From: a virus
Taxonomy: Duplodnaviria > Caudoviricetes
Reading direction: 5' to 3' (one strand)
IMG/VR virus record: IMGVR_UViG_3300020471_000006
Location: 96,001-160,000 of that record
DNA length: 64,000 nt
Position numbers and translations under genes: made by a program
Notes under the pieces: model-generated
The model's input: only the letters and a program-made list of their open reading frames with translations
Told to the model about the DNA's origin: nothing
Database searches by the model: none
Shown here: one piece after another, positions 10,401-20,800 of the stretch
Layout of the letters: each line of letters begins with the position of its first letter
Position numbering within the stretch: position 1 is the first letter of the stretch

Positions 10401-13047
10401 AGATATTGGTCTCATAGTAGACTCATTTGAGCATGATTTGAGATTCGGTGGTAACTCTAAAACAATTGGTGGTGGTGAAGCATACTACAATAATGATCTT
10501 TTAGATTTTATTACAGGTGAGATTGAACCTACTATCAAAGCATTTGAGAAAGCAAAAGACCTTGCTGTTAAAGCAATGAGGAATACTTTGACTGCTGGCG
10601 AATATACATCATTAGATCCATATATAAATCTCAATATTCGTACAGGTAGTCCTTTTACTCCTAAGTGTGCAGATGTAGAGTCTGCTTTAGATTCTTTATA
10701 TGAGAATCTTAAACAAACTATCGTAACAGGTCCAGGAACTGCTACAAAGTCTCTTCCTGACTATGTTAACAACGAGAACAAGATATTTGATTTGTATTAT
10801 GATGATGGTGAAGAAGTAGTTACTGATGTCAATGAGAATTTAATAGTTTCAATAGGTGGTATTGTACAACATGACAGTAACTATTCTATCGATAGAACTA
10901 CTACACCAAATAAGATTGTATTTACTGGAGCACCTGTTTGGCAACAGCAAGAGAATACTAAGACTGTCCAAGAACCATTAGCAGTAGATAATATTGCTTT
11001 ACATGGTATTGGTAACTATATCAGATGTGAAATAGAAACTTCTGGTATATTGGATGGATCTGCTGGTCCTTTCTTAATACTTGATAGTGTTACTAAAGAG
11101 GTTAAGAAGATTGATGATGCAGATTATGCATATGTTTTTGTAGATGGTGTATTACAAAGAGACACTGATTCATATAGTATCAATGGTCCTGCTATCAGGT
11201 TTACTAGAAAGATAAATCGAGATCGTAAGGTGGAGATTATAGTTCTTTATGGTAGAGATGCACAACAGACAGTTACATTACATGATTTTGAACCAGGTAC
11301 TTATTTTAATAGATTGTCATTAAGAATCAATGATTCTAATAGTTTGAATGATTTCAGAGATCTAAGGAGTTGGTTTAATACCAAATATGATTTCAATAGA
11401 TTTGCATATCAAAAGGTTGGTACTGTCAAACATATGATTGGTGAAATCAAGAAGATAGAGATTGATACTGTTACATCATGTATATTAACTATTGCTGGTA
11501 ACAATCCTGTATTTAATGGCAATGAACCAATATATTTCTCTAGTGATTATATCAATTTCTCTGATGAGTTCTCTATATCTCTCTATGGTATTTTAGAATA
11601 TCAGAAAGATGAGTATGGTAGTCATAGAATGCAAAGAAATGCATCTCAGTGGTTATATGATAGTACAAAAGCAGATGATACATTCTACAAATCTCATAAT
11701 TTGATATCTCGTCTTAATAAGGGTGATGTCATAAAGATAGATGGAGAAGATTCTTGGAGAGATATTCAAGGATTACCAAGATATGTAAATCCAAAGAATT
11801 ACAATCCTGGTGCTGAAATATCTTCTAAGTTCTTTGGTTCTGTAACAACTACTAATTACAGTGGTGATACTAGAGGTGTAGGTTTAAGTGTTACTTGCAC
11901 TATTGATAATGGTAAAGTTGTAAGTTTGGAATGGAATAAGAAGAATCTCAAATTATATTATGATGAAGGTATATTAGAACCAACTACTGCGTATGGTTAT
12001 GATAGTACACCTGTACTACACTTCATTCCTGAAGATGGTAATGGTGGTGGAGCACATGCTGAGGTAATAGTCAGCAAAGGTCAGATTATTGATATCAAAC
12101 TTATACATTCTGGATCTGGATATACTAATGCACCAAAGGTTAGTGTTGCCAGAAAGTATAAGATCATCAAGAGACCTGATAGAAAGATCGACAGTATGGT
12201 TGATCTTATCTTCTCTACTGCGGTATTAAAATCATCACCTGTTACAGTTACTACTTCGATAGACACATTTAAGGGTGTTGAGATCATTGGTGATACTGGT
12301 ATTATCGGTGGTGGATCTGGTAGTATTGGTCTTGTTACCAATAAACCTGTTGTAGTTTCTACAATACAGAAAGTTGCTGATCTCAGTGGTAATGTATTAA
12401 CTAAGGAACTCATTATATCATGGCCTACTTCAGTCACATCTGCCCTTATGGGAACATCAATTGAGATTGAAATAGAAAGAAGTAGAGTAATACGTTCAAG
12501 CATCACTCTTGATATTGACGTTAAAAAAGAAATCGTGAAATATATCGAAACTGGTGCAGTCGATACATATAAATCATACTTTAACACTTATGGTTCCGCA
12601 ATTTTAGGACCAACACCTGAGACATTTAATCGTGTTACTTATAACACAGGAGATGTACTTTCAACAGGTGGTAGACCAGTTTCCGAGTATACTGTGGAAG
12701 AGGTTTCTATGTGGGGAATCACTATTGAAGAGATTGAAAACTCAAAAGATACTTTATGGGTAGGTAATGTCAAATGGAATTTTGTTAATCCATCCATTAA
12801 CTACTATATAAGTCAGTTGAACACTGCTGACTTACCAGATGAAGCAGGTGCAGGTTATCTTGCATCTGGTGCTATTGTTTACGCAAATACTTCTAATTTT
12901 GCAGCAACAGGAACTATCCTAGTTGGACGTGAGCAGATAACATATACAGGTAAGTTGAGTGATCGTTTTACAGGATGTACTAGAGGCGTAAATGGTACTC
13001 CTATCGAGGAACATCTCGTGGGACAGTACATCAGGAATGCCCTATAA
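4486..13047 (+). CDS. gp7: Baseplate wedge initiator gp7-like (2853 aa, many inserted modules)
   Basis: Between gp6 and gp8; N-terminal FIQKYYEQLE and LIKNIADFYKSKGT; SSNQKITDTYYYQDYSYVVKS...HPAG; YHYH-type module. Confidence 0.85.
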   Translation: MQQTAKKTSLLIENQLAGFIGEEYELFGKFIQKYYEQLELQGQPLDIANHLATYRDIDFYEKSILKQSVPLTQFAQATDVSLTVGDTSAFPDSGYLHVDDEICFYKSKSATQFLEVSRGVSGNTELGDLYKESTFVTTNAADHQISAKVHNISNLFLFALVKSFESQYLPDFPTAFLNDTVDQRNLIKNIADFYKSKGTAQSIKFLFKCLVKNDPEPEVKYPREQTLKSSESTWIKNYSLKAKLLSGTPESFIGKRIVQNVDGAYASAVIDNVLFNGTFDGEDLYELILAEETVNGTFSLSSKTTLTTDIDYQSTSVDVFSTLGWSDKGKFTIGNETFTFDEKTIDQFVIKTRSASSSHYVGDLVYDAAEVTVGTDSVLILGVLYNASPTHPSPYANVGEKLEISDPGFVNTDVKIFDSSNNIRWDLTSIKAIFEDGDDYYIASPNNQLRILPKEPTLTTEIYKTNNKDIGIFLDGSIVMGARHTDSILNGAIQKVDVVTRGSGYAKEPFVLINDSPTLARAKLAGQVVESVIIDTPMLYTSTPTVEITSGRGAVVTPIITNGAITSIVVTDPGEYYSSPPVVRILDLAGKGRFAEYTTEVSNDGELTACNIVTAGSGYSAGNIRVDIIAVGSGATGTASIRSWTKDRYNLTGTDPVPAAYRANDTGASHSPLLGYAYDGNPIYGAYGYGDPLDASSAVTLMTSSYSLRSARSQGPSKSTYPLGTFFEDYEYTHKRGTLDQNNGRFCLTPEYPNGVYAYFVTVDGSTPVFPYILGENYYGVPRDSNYNQSLTHNDVPKSSTRLRTTGIAKNGDKTTLIVDEINTGSISSVEVVSSTSTFSVGSTVEINNEGTGGHGVTAEVSSVKGKAVESIESQETQGLLINLSNTAYLFDGDTITQTNTGSTGKIVGNVFSGSTFTLRDVNGVFTSTDQLYSNTQVITLILDENSSYTKGANLAYTDGVATTIAIGEVLESTASKNTVKVKVTTGDFVVTDDYFIRSSNLIDSVGSKLLSTNSLSAGLNIFTINDHIALLKTNGSHGVGIGDDIEIDINPDDSVTTTTQYVRSRIYQEVTFVSPAVSTTLNDSGIGRITILNGGEDYTDNFATPDNYRNIALKGGSGSGATADFQVDPSGSVVSVIVKNKGTGYKKSDILTVGDADLAKTDLTTPALQVEVDHIGLGVTNTIVNFASNIGFTKGDYIKIDDEILLLQEKNVANQEFTVQRGQKGTKAVDHYNGATITLDVPGYTLNKGYKIGEAAGDPVIQSYDPVTQKAQVVWDYDDTLSTIIPVSLSTVFYDTSEDKRLVRVSTKGDPIEVFEFSTDQINFSRNPILNIKKFYSYKFDVSHSSMSDREFDISPSINYNINTPEKLDSNNIVDLKLGFGARVATNTYSTKVPLSYSKYYYFDRNGGTSSETGYLNVVDDPLQGIKKALYVTNDTVVYDTGVTAPHDGSGTVTYTSMSKFSVGAIDKINVINVGGEYKKLPLVVGVTPTETLRSTAITEVYNGSISGVTIVNAGSNYSKPKVIVEGNAVLTPVVNNGSLTGIIITDAGSDYTVAPEVTIVESDIRVYLSSVDIGIPRNIRIINNGGAYHNDTTLDSTIRSNYILKVSDFTTFRIGETIVQGDTARATVTAWRDGSNILSVKDVTGLFREGLEIKGLAKGNTAKLESISYTEFTPNIKTYFDNLGSYSDDQGIVSSSNQKITDTYYYQDYSYVVKSRTSIDIWRDLIKKTTHPAGFQLFGEVLIESDAQASMSPITSSDRSSRIQLWDPNKNKITVVSTKKQITVNIIKTEQLKVEQGLGSVSRDTFSTEEIRAKQLFLNADFTGGFTDKGNLEGQTTFVLVDVNGNSVSPYNAQALTITLDGVMQEPGSAYAVNGSNITFSSPPLGPRNQLGQDIPQVKFYCRWFEFKTDALNARYLKKLRNIYQRSGTWIDAANQLSMNRAYIQSETLGFIKAEYPDLSWGTLGPTCHRDIGLIVDSFEHDLRFGGNSKTIGGGEAYYNNDLLDFITGEIEPTIKAFEKAKDLAVKAMRNTLTAGEYTSLDPYINLNIRTGSPFTPKCADVESALDSLYENLKQTIVTGPGTATKSLPDYVNNENKIFDLYYDDGEEVVTDVNENLIVSIGGIVQHDSNYSIDRTTTPNKIVFTGAPVWQQQENTKTVQEPLAVDNIALHGIGNYIRCEIETSGILDGSAGPFLILDSVTKEVKKIDDADYAYVFVDGVLQRDTDSYSINGPAIRFTRKINRDRKVEIIVLYGRDAQQTVTLHDFEPGTYFNRLSLRINDSNSLNDFRDLRSWFNTKYDFNRFAYQKVGTVKHMIGEIKKIEIDTVTSCILTIAGNNPVFNGNEPIYFSSDYINFSDEFSISLYGILEYQKDEYGSHRMQRNASQWLYDSTKADDTFYKSHNLISRLNKGDVIKIDGEDSWRDIQGLPRYVNPKNYNPGAEISSKFFGSVTTTNYSGDTRGVGLSVTCTIDNGKVVSLEWNKKNLKLYYDEGILEPTTAYGYDSTPVLHFIPEDGNGGGAHAEVIVSKGQIIDIKLIHSGSGYTNAPKVSVARKYKIIKRPDRKIDSMVDLIFSTAVLKSSPVTVTTSIDTFKGVEIIGDTGIIGGGSGSIGLVTNKPVVVSTIQKVADLSGNVLTKELIISWPTSVTSALMGTSIEIEIERSRVIRSSITLDIDVKKEIVKYIETGAVDTYKSYFNTYGSAILGPTPETFNRVTYNTGDVLSTGGRPVSEYTVEEVSMWGITIEEIENSKDTLWVGNVKWNFVNPSINYYISQLNTADLPDEAGAGYLASGAIVYANTSNFAATGTILVGREQITYTGKLSDRFTGCTRGVNGTPIEEHLVGQYIRNAL

Positions 13048-13060
13048 ATAAATATAAATA
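13043..13060 (+). promoter_or_regulatory. Two tandem consensus T4 late promoters
   Basis: TATAAATA at 13043-13050 and 13053-13060, upstream of gp8. Confidence 0.85.
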
Positions 13061-13101
13061 ACTCGGATTTAGTCTTAATTTAACATTTAGAGACCAGTGC
13101 T

Positions 13102-14862
13102 ATGGCAGCTATTATTTCAGAAAAATTTAGGATCTTCAATGCGAAGCAATTCCTAGAGTCATTGAGCGAAGGTGCAAACGATGCAGATGCAGCTCGAACT
13201 AGAATGTATTTCTTCGTTGGAAGATCTGCAAAATGGGATGCTTACGTTGAAGTATTCAATGTAGACGGTACATTCGCAGCAGGTGAAACTGTTTCGGGTG
13301 GTGGATGGTCAGCAACAGTTGCTGAGGTTAATGAGAATAGTATTCTGGTTAACAACGTTCTTCCTACTGCTACAACTACACCGTCATTTGGAACTACCAT
13401 CACTGGTGGTACTTCAAGTGCTACTGCTAAGTCTGGAGTTTATAGGTATGCTACTGAAGAAGCACCTCCTGCTCCAATTGATAACTATTCCGAGAAACTA
13501 GCAATTTATAATGAACTGATTGCTGCCAAGCGTATTACAGGACCATTTGCACGTCTAGTTGTTCCACGTTATAACTGGAACCTTTCACTAAATCCAAAGT
13601 TTGACATGTACCGTCCATCATACGCACCTACTCCAGGTGGCGGTGGTGCAGTTGGTAAGTCATCTGCTACTGGTCAAACTAGTCTCTCTGATGGTAAGTT
13701 CTATGTAATGAACTCTTCCTACGAAGTCTTTAAGTGTCTTTATAATGGCGAGAATCCTGCTAATCCAACAGGACAGAACGCTACTTATGAGCCTAAGTCA
13801 CAACCTGCTAGTGGACAAGGTGCATTTGCTTCTGGTATCTACACAGAACCTTCTGGTACTGCTGGATATGTTTGGAAGCATATGTTTACCCTTCCTACAG
13901 CAGATGTTTTATCATTCCTATCAACAGACTTCATGCCTATTGTTGAGGCAACTGAAGCAAGTAGGGTGACTGTAATTGGACAGGCAGTTGATGGTGGTGT
14001 ACACGTACCAGTTGTTCAAGATGCTGGTGCTGCTCTTCCTGCTACTGCAACACTTTATACTCCTGTATATGGTGATGGGTCAGGTGCTATTGTTAAGTTC
14101 GCTACAGACGGTTCTGGAACCATCACTACTGCTGAAATGGAAGCTGTAGGTAGTGGATATACTTATGGATCAACAATTCTAGAAACTGGTAAGGTATTTA
14201 CTGATGCAGGTCTTACATCTGCTGCTAGTGCATTCACTGGAGTTGCTTCCATAGAGGTTGTTATTTCTCCAACAGGAGGACATGGTTCTGACGCAGAGAA
14301 TGAGTTATTCTCTAAGCGTGTCATGACAAATGTACGTTTGACATATGATGAGGGTAGTGGAGACTTCCCTGTTGATAATGACTTCCGTAGAATTGGAATT
14401 ATTCAAGATCCATATGATTTCGGAACAACTAATTTTGCTTCTGCTTCAACATTACGTGGTACAGCTGTACTAAAGGTTAATGGAGCAACAGCAGATTATA
14501 CTGTAGATGAAGATATCTTCCAGTCAGTTACTGGTGGAACAGCATATGGTAAAGTTGTTTCTTGGGATGGTACTACAGGAGTACTTAAGTATTATCAATC
14601 ACCAGAGTTACATAGTGACACTGGAGTTGTTAGAGCATTCGAATCGAATGCAGCAAATGCCGTTGTAGGTCAATCATCCACAGCTAGTGGAAATATAGAT
14701 ACTGGTGCTAATGGAACCGTGTCTGACATTGGATTTACAGGCGGTCTTGCATCTCCCGAAATCGCTGCAAACTCTGGCGAAATCGTATACATAGAGAACA
14801 GAAGACAAATTACTAGAGCTGCTGACCAAATTGAGGACATCAAACTAGTAATCGAATTCTAA
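13102..14862 (+). CDS. gp8: Baseplate wedge subunit gp8
   Basis: MAAIISEKFRIFNA..., VPRYNW, DGKFYVMNSSYEVFKCLYN, GYVWKHMF, NSGEIVYIENRRQITRAADQIEDIKLVIEF. Confidence 0.92.
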   Translation: MAAIISEKFRIFNAKQFLESLSEGANDADAARTRMYFFVGRSAKWDAYVEVFNVDGTFAAGETVSGGGWSATVAEVNENSILVNNVLPTATTTPSFGTTITGGTSSATAKSGVYRYATEEAPPAPIDNYSEKLAIYNELIAAKRITGPFARLVVPRYNWNLSLNPKFDMYRPSYAPTPGGGGAVGKSSATGQTSLSDGKFYVMNSSYEVFKCLYNGENPANPTGQNATYEPKSQPASGQGAFASGIYTEPSGTAGYVWKHMFTLPTADVLSFLSTDFMPIVEATEASRVTVIGQAVDGGVHVPVVQDAGAALPATATLYTPVYGDGSGAIVKFATDGSGTITTAEMEAVGSGYTYGSTILETGKVFTDAGLTSAASAFTGVASIEVVISPTGGHGSDAENELFSKRVMTNVRLTYDEGSGDFPVDNDFRRIGIIQDPYDFGTTNFASASTLRGTAVLKVNGATADYTVDEDIFQSVTGGTAYGKVVSWDGTTGVLKYYQSPELHSDTGVVRAFESNAANAVVGQSSTASGNIDTGANGTVSDIGFTGGLASPEIAANSGEIVYIENRRQITRAADQIEDIKLVIEF

Positions 14863-14892
14863 TTTACCCACCGTTATTAGAGACTGGTTGCA

Positions 14893-17800
14893 ATGCCTCA
14901 AAAGACGAATCTTAATGTCGCACCATATTACGACGATTTTGACACTGACAAAAACTTTTACAAAGTACTCTTTCGCCCTGGATATTCTATCCAAGCGAGA
15001 GAGTTAACGCAGCTTCAGTCATTACTGCAAAATCAAATTGAGCAGTTCGGTAAGTATGCTTTTAAACAGGGTGAATTAGTCATTCCTGGTGAAATTGGTT
15101 TTAATAACAAATTACATTTTGTTAAACTATCTTCGGTATCTGAGATACCTACAAACCAAGATGGTCAGATAGTTTATAAGAAATATGATGTATCACAATT
15201 AATAAATCGTCAGGTTAAAGGATTAACTTCTGGAGTTATTGCAACTATCCTTCAATCTGCTACTGCAACAGAAACTGCTGCTGATGTATTATATGTTACA
15301 TATACTAACAGTGGTGATGCAGGTAATGAGGAAACATTCCGTCAAGGTGAGACCCTAGAGGTTGTAGACGGTGTTAATACACCACTTATGGTGGTTGGAA
15401 CCGATGGAAGCGTACTTCCTACTAGTATTTCTATTACTGATCCTGACACAGGTACATCGTCGTCATTAGAGAGTCCTGCAATGGGATATGCTTCTGCTGT
15501 TAAAGTAGAAGAAGGTATTTACTTTGTTAATGGTTATTTTGTAAGGAACGATGCACAGTTATTGGTCATCGACAAATATTATGATTCTCCATCTGCTAAA
15601 GTTGGATTTAAAATCAATGAGAGTATTGTAACTCCTGAAGAAGATGCAAGTCTATATGACAATTCAATAGGATCTTCAAATTATTCTGCGCCTGGAGCAC
15701 ATAGGTTAAGTATCAAGTTGAGTCTCGTTGTATACTCATTAGACGAGAAGACAGATAAGAATTTTATAAAACTACTCCAAATAAAGAATGGTGTAGTACA
15801 AACACAAGTAACACAAACTGATTATAACCTATTAGAACAGACTCTTGCACGTAGAACTTATGATGAGTCTGGTGATTATGTTGTTGACAACTTCTCTCTT
15901 GATGTAAGGGAGTATTATCAGAAGAATGGTAATCTTGGTATCTATGGAAAGGATGAAGAGGGTCTAGTAAATGGTTTATCTGAATCTGATGCTGGTAAGA
16001 AGTTAGTTGCTAGTGTTGGTCCAGGTAAGGCATATATTAAGGGTTATGAGATTGTCAATAAAGAGACCAAATATATTGACGTTGATAAAGCACGTGAAAC
16101 TCTAAACAGAGAAGATATACGTCTTAAAACTAAAGGTCTACCAACCTATAGAATTACTAATAACTACAGTTCGATACCAGTAAACTCAGAAGGATCTGAA
16201 CTTACATCATACCCTAATGTATATCTGTCTGCTGCATTTAATGACGGATCTATTGGTATGAATAATACTGAGATGGATACTGATCCTAAGCAGACTATTA
16301 ATAGGAGAGGTTCTTTCTTTGATATTAATCAAGGTATTAAGACTATCTACATTGAAGTTGATAATAACTATGCAACACGTGTAGCAGGTCTTACTGGTGC
16401 TAACTTTAGAACTACTGCTGATGGTATTCCAACTCTTTGGTATATTCAATCACGTGGAACTACTATTATAGCAAATAGTTTTGATGTTCTATCTTATTCT
16501 AAAGTTCCTAGAATAGAAGCAAACCCAGATGATACAGTTACATTCCTAGAGATAACTGTAACTGCACAGAAAGATCTTCTAGATGATTTCCTTATTGAAT
16601 ATGATGAGACTGATGCTAATAAGTACAGGTTTATCTACATCAATGAGAATGATGCTGAGACACCTGGTTCTGTTCCTTTTGGTAAGATTGTTGATTACAA
16701 CGACACAATTACTCCAGTCATAGGTATAGCAAAACCTAGTAACTATACTCTATTGGAGAGAGGTGCTGGATTCAATTCTGATACTGATATTGTTGTATCT
16801 AAAGGAAGACTATCAAATGGTGATGCAACATATAATAGTACATTTGGACTATCTTACTTTGATCCAAACTTCTTCACTAAGATACAATTAGATGATAAGA
16901 TTTCAATTGCTGGTAGTTTTAGTCCAGGACAATATGTTAGAGGTCTTACTAGTGGTGCTTATGGTGTCATAGAAGGAACATCTACAGGATCATATACTTC
17001 AAATAAAACCCTTATGGTTAAAGGTTTATTTGGTGTATTTAAGAGTGGTGAAGTTATTGCTGATGAAAGTGGTAACACATTGAGGATCGCTAAAGATAAT
17101 ACCATATCACATTTTGTTGTTAACAGTAGGGGAGCAAATCATTCACTTGATGCTACTATTAGAGTTGATGGTGTTGAGTATGATAACTCCAAAATAAAGG
17201 TTGATGTTAGTGGTGACCAGTTAGTATGGAGAGTTTCTATTGTTAATAGAGATGCTGCTTTAGTTGAATACTCACAACCACCATTAGTTGAAATTGTTGA
17301 TACTGGTGCTACCAGTCAAGCAGTTGTAACTCCAATATTGGTAAGGAATGCTGTTACAACATATACCCCACAGAATGTTAAGTCATTCTACTCTCAATTT
17401 GGATCTGGTAATAATAATACATTCACAGCAGATATTGAGATTAATAAAGAGAAGTATTCTGAGGTTGTTTCAGTAACTGATTTTACTTTCAGTGGAAACA
17501 AAGGAAGAAAGTATATTGAGTGTACAGGATTTGGTGGAGATGCAACAACATTTGTTATTCATGGAGATTTGGTTCAGTTTACAGATGATACTGGAAATCT
17601 TGTAAGAGGTGTTGTACAACAATCTACTAAACCTGCTGGTGTATATAAATCAAGGATCTACTTAGATAGATCATTACCTAATGGTGTTACTAATGCTAGT
17701 GTTGTTAGAGTAAGACCATCTATTGAGAACTTCAATCAAGGAACTTTACTTTATAAGACTGGTTCTAATCAGATAAGTTCTATTGTTGCATCTCCTGATG

Positions 17801-20800
17801 ATTCCAAGATTACCTACTATCTCAGAAGAGATTTTATATCTACTGGTTCTGGTGGTTCTGGTGCTATTACTTTTGCTGCTCAACTCCCATTTGGAACTCA
17901 AAGATTTGTATCATTTAGTGAAAGCAACTTCTTAATTACAATACTTGATCCAGGAGATGCTCCTGATGTTGCTGCTGGTGACATAGTTTATATTACTTCA
18001 GATCAAGTTGAGATAAAGGCATCTACTGATGCTGCTAGTGGTTTGACATCTGGTAGTGTTAAGTTGAATCTACCTGCAAACTATTTTGGATCTACATCAT
18101 ATACAACATATCCAACACTTAAGTTAACTGCTACTCTTGAAGTTACTAAAGCAAAACCAAGACTTAAGACAGCAAACTTAAACAAGAGAATCATTGTTGA
18201 AGCTCTTGGAGATAAAATTATACCTTTCAGAGGTAGAGACTATGATACAGAGTCTTTAGATGTATACAGTTATGCTGATGCATTTAACTTGAGGTATGTT
18301 TATGAAGGATCTACTTCAACACCTCCTGTAGTTGATAAAGCAGGTAACTTAGTTACTGGTACTGATGTTACTAATAGGTTTACATTTGACGATGGTCAAA
18401 GAGACACAATATATGATATCTCTAGACTTGTCATTAAACCAGGTTTTGAAGCACCAGTAGGTCAACTAGTAATTGCTTTTGATTACTTTGATCATACTTC
18501 TGGTGATTTCATTACTGTTGATTCATATTTACATGAAGCAGGTGTTGGTTCTGAAGAGATTCCATCATTTAACTCACCTGTACTTGGTAAGATATCACTT
18601 AAGGATGTTCTAGACTTTAGACCTAAAGTAGATAACAATGCAATCATAGGTGGATATCAGAATACATCATTGTTGTCTGCACCTAATGCTAGATCATTCA
18701 CTGGAACTGGTGGTATTGTTTCTAGTACTCCTGCTCCTGATGTTGGATTAGAATATACATTCTCATTTACACAGACACAATATCTTGATAGGATTGATGG
18801 ATTGTTCTTGAATAAGAAAGGTCAATTCATTATTAAACAAGGTAATTCATCACTTAATCCATCTAAACCAGATGTTATTAGTGATGCTATTGCATTATAT
18901 TATATGTACATCCCTGCTTTTACAGAGACAGGTAAGGATGTAAGGATTACTCCAGTCGATAACCGTCGTTACACAATGCGTGACATTGGTAAGTTGGAGA
19001 AACGTATCGAGAGACTAGAATATTACACAACGTTAAGCATTCTTGAGCAACAAGCACTGAATATGCAGATCACTGATTCTGCTGGTGTCAATCGCTTTAA
19101 GAGTGGTTTCATTGTGGACAATTTTGAGACTCATAGGATTGGATCCTTAAAGTCATTAGATTATAAGTGTTCTATTGATACACAACAATCTGTATTGCGT
19201 TCACAGGCAAAAGAAGATTCTATTGATCTAGTTGAAGTTAATACTAGAGATGATCAGAGATCTGTTTCTGGATATCAGAAGTCTAGTGATGTAGTTACTC
19301 TACCATATCACGAATTAGAATTACTAGGAAACAACTTTGCTACTAAGACAGTTAATCCTAACCCATTTGTTGTTCTTCAGTATGTTGGTGATTCCTTTAT
19401 TGGTCCTAATGTAGATTCTTGGTATGACAGTAGTGTTGAACCTTTGGTAACAGATAACAACACTAATCTATATTCTATTTTCCTTGCTAAGGAAAACTTA
19501 AAAGAAGCATTCTCAAGTCTTTATAATTCATATAAAGTTAATTGGTTAGGTGCTAACCAAGCATTCTATAATATTGGATCATTTGCTGAAGTTAACTCTA
19601 GTATTGCAGATTCTAATGTTGCTACTGCTAGTGTAGGTACATCTTCAAATATTAGTCCACAAAACAATGAAGTTGGTAAGGGACTAGTAACTAAGGGTGT
19701 AGGATCAAATGTTGTTGCTACATCATTATCATACTTTGCTAGAAGTATTCCTGTTAAATTTAAAATTAATAGACTAAAACCAAATACAAGGGTTTATGTC
19801 TTTATGGAAGGTAGAGATATTGCTAGATGGGTAAATCCTGACCTTAAGTATACTGGTATTGCTGGTAACTCATTATCAGCATTTAATGGTGCTATTACTA
19901 CAGATAATAATGGTAATGCTAGTGGTGTTATCCTTATTCCTGCTGGTAATCCACCTAGAGAGAATGCTGTATGGTCTGGTAGTGTTGATACTGTATCATA
20001 TGATACAGATGCTGATGAATTAAGGTTCAGCACAGGTGTTAAGACAATCAGATTTACATCTAGTTCAACTGATGCTGAAACAGAGTCTGTAGAGACATTC
20101 GCTGAAGTAAAATTCTATGCTACTGGTATAGTACCTGAGAATCCTTCTTCTATTATATCTACAAGACCTGCATTCTTTAAAGCAAATGAAGGTACACAGA
20201 TTGTAGGAAGCAATACACAGAATCCTATAAGACCAAATCCATTCGCTCAAACATTCTTGGTTGATGGGTTTGAAGGTGGTGTATTTGTAACAAGTCTAGA
20301 TCTATTCTTTAATAAGAAGAGTGATAATATTCCATTGAGAGTTTATCTAACTGATGTTGTTAGTGGAAAGCCAGGTAAGAACATTATTCCTGGTACTCAA
20401 AAGGTATTGACACCAGAGACATTCTTAAAAGTAGTCGCAAGTGATACACTTACGATCACTAAAGGTGAGAACGTAACTGGATCTAAATCAAATGCCTCTG
20501 GTCCTATCAGTAAGGTAATTGATAAGAATAATATTGAGATTGTTGCTAGTACAACAGGTTTATATACACTCACGAATGATCAGGTGTATACACTTGTCTT
20601 GGATAATAACAACGGTAAGAACTTTGTACAAGATGAACTATTAAACGTTACATCTATTACACAAAATAATAATGCTAACAATACAGAATTTACATTAACT
20701 ATTGCTAAGGATTCTGGTCGTGTAACTGAATTGAATGTTGTCAATACAGGTAGTGGATATGATTCTGCTATTATCACTATTGAAAGTCCACAACTTCCTG

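Noticed and set aside
13283-13969. Moderate +1-frame ORFs in gp8 and similar ones at 38432 and 39713
   Set aside because: At 65-115 aa and in one frame only, they are explicable by low NTA/NTG codon use and are unlike the three-frame desert at 33.4-36.2 kb.
10620-17650. Near-consensus TATAAATC motifs inside gp7 and the DUF4815 gene
   Set aside because: They mismatch the consensus, lie far from gene starts and are expected by chance in AT-rich DNA.
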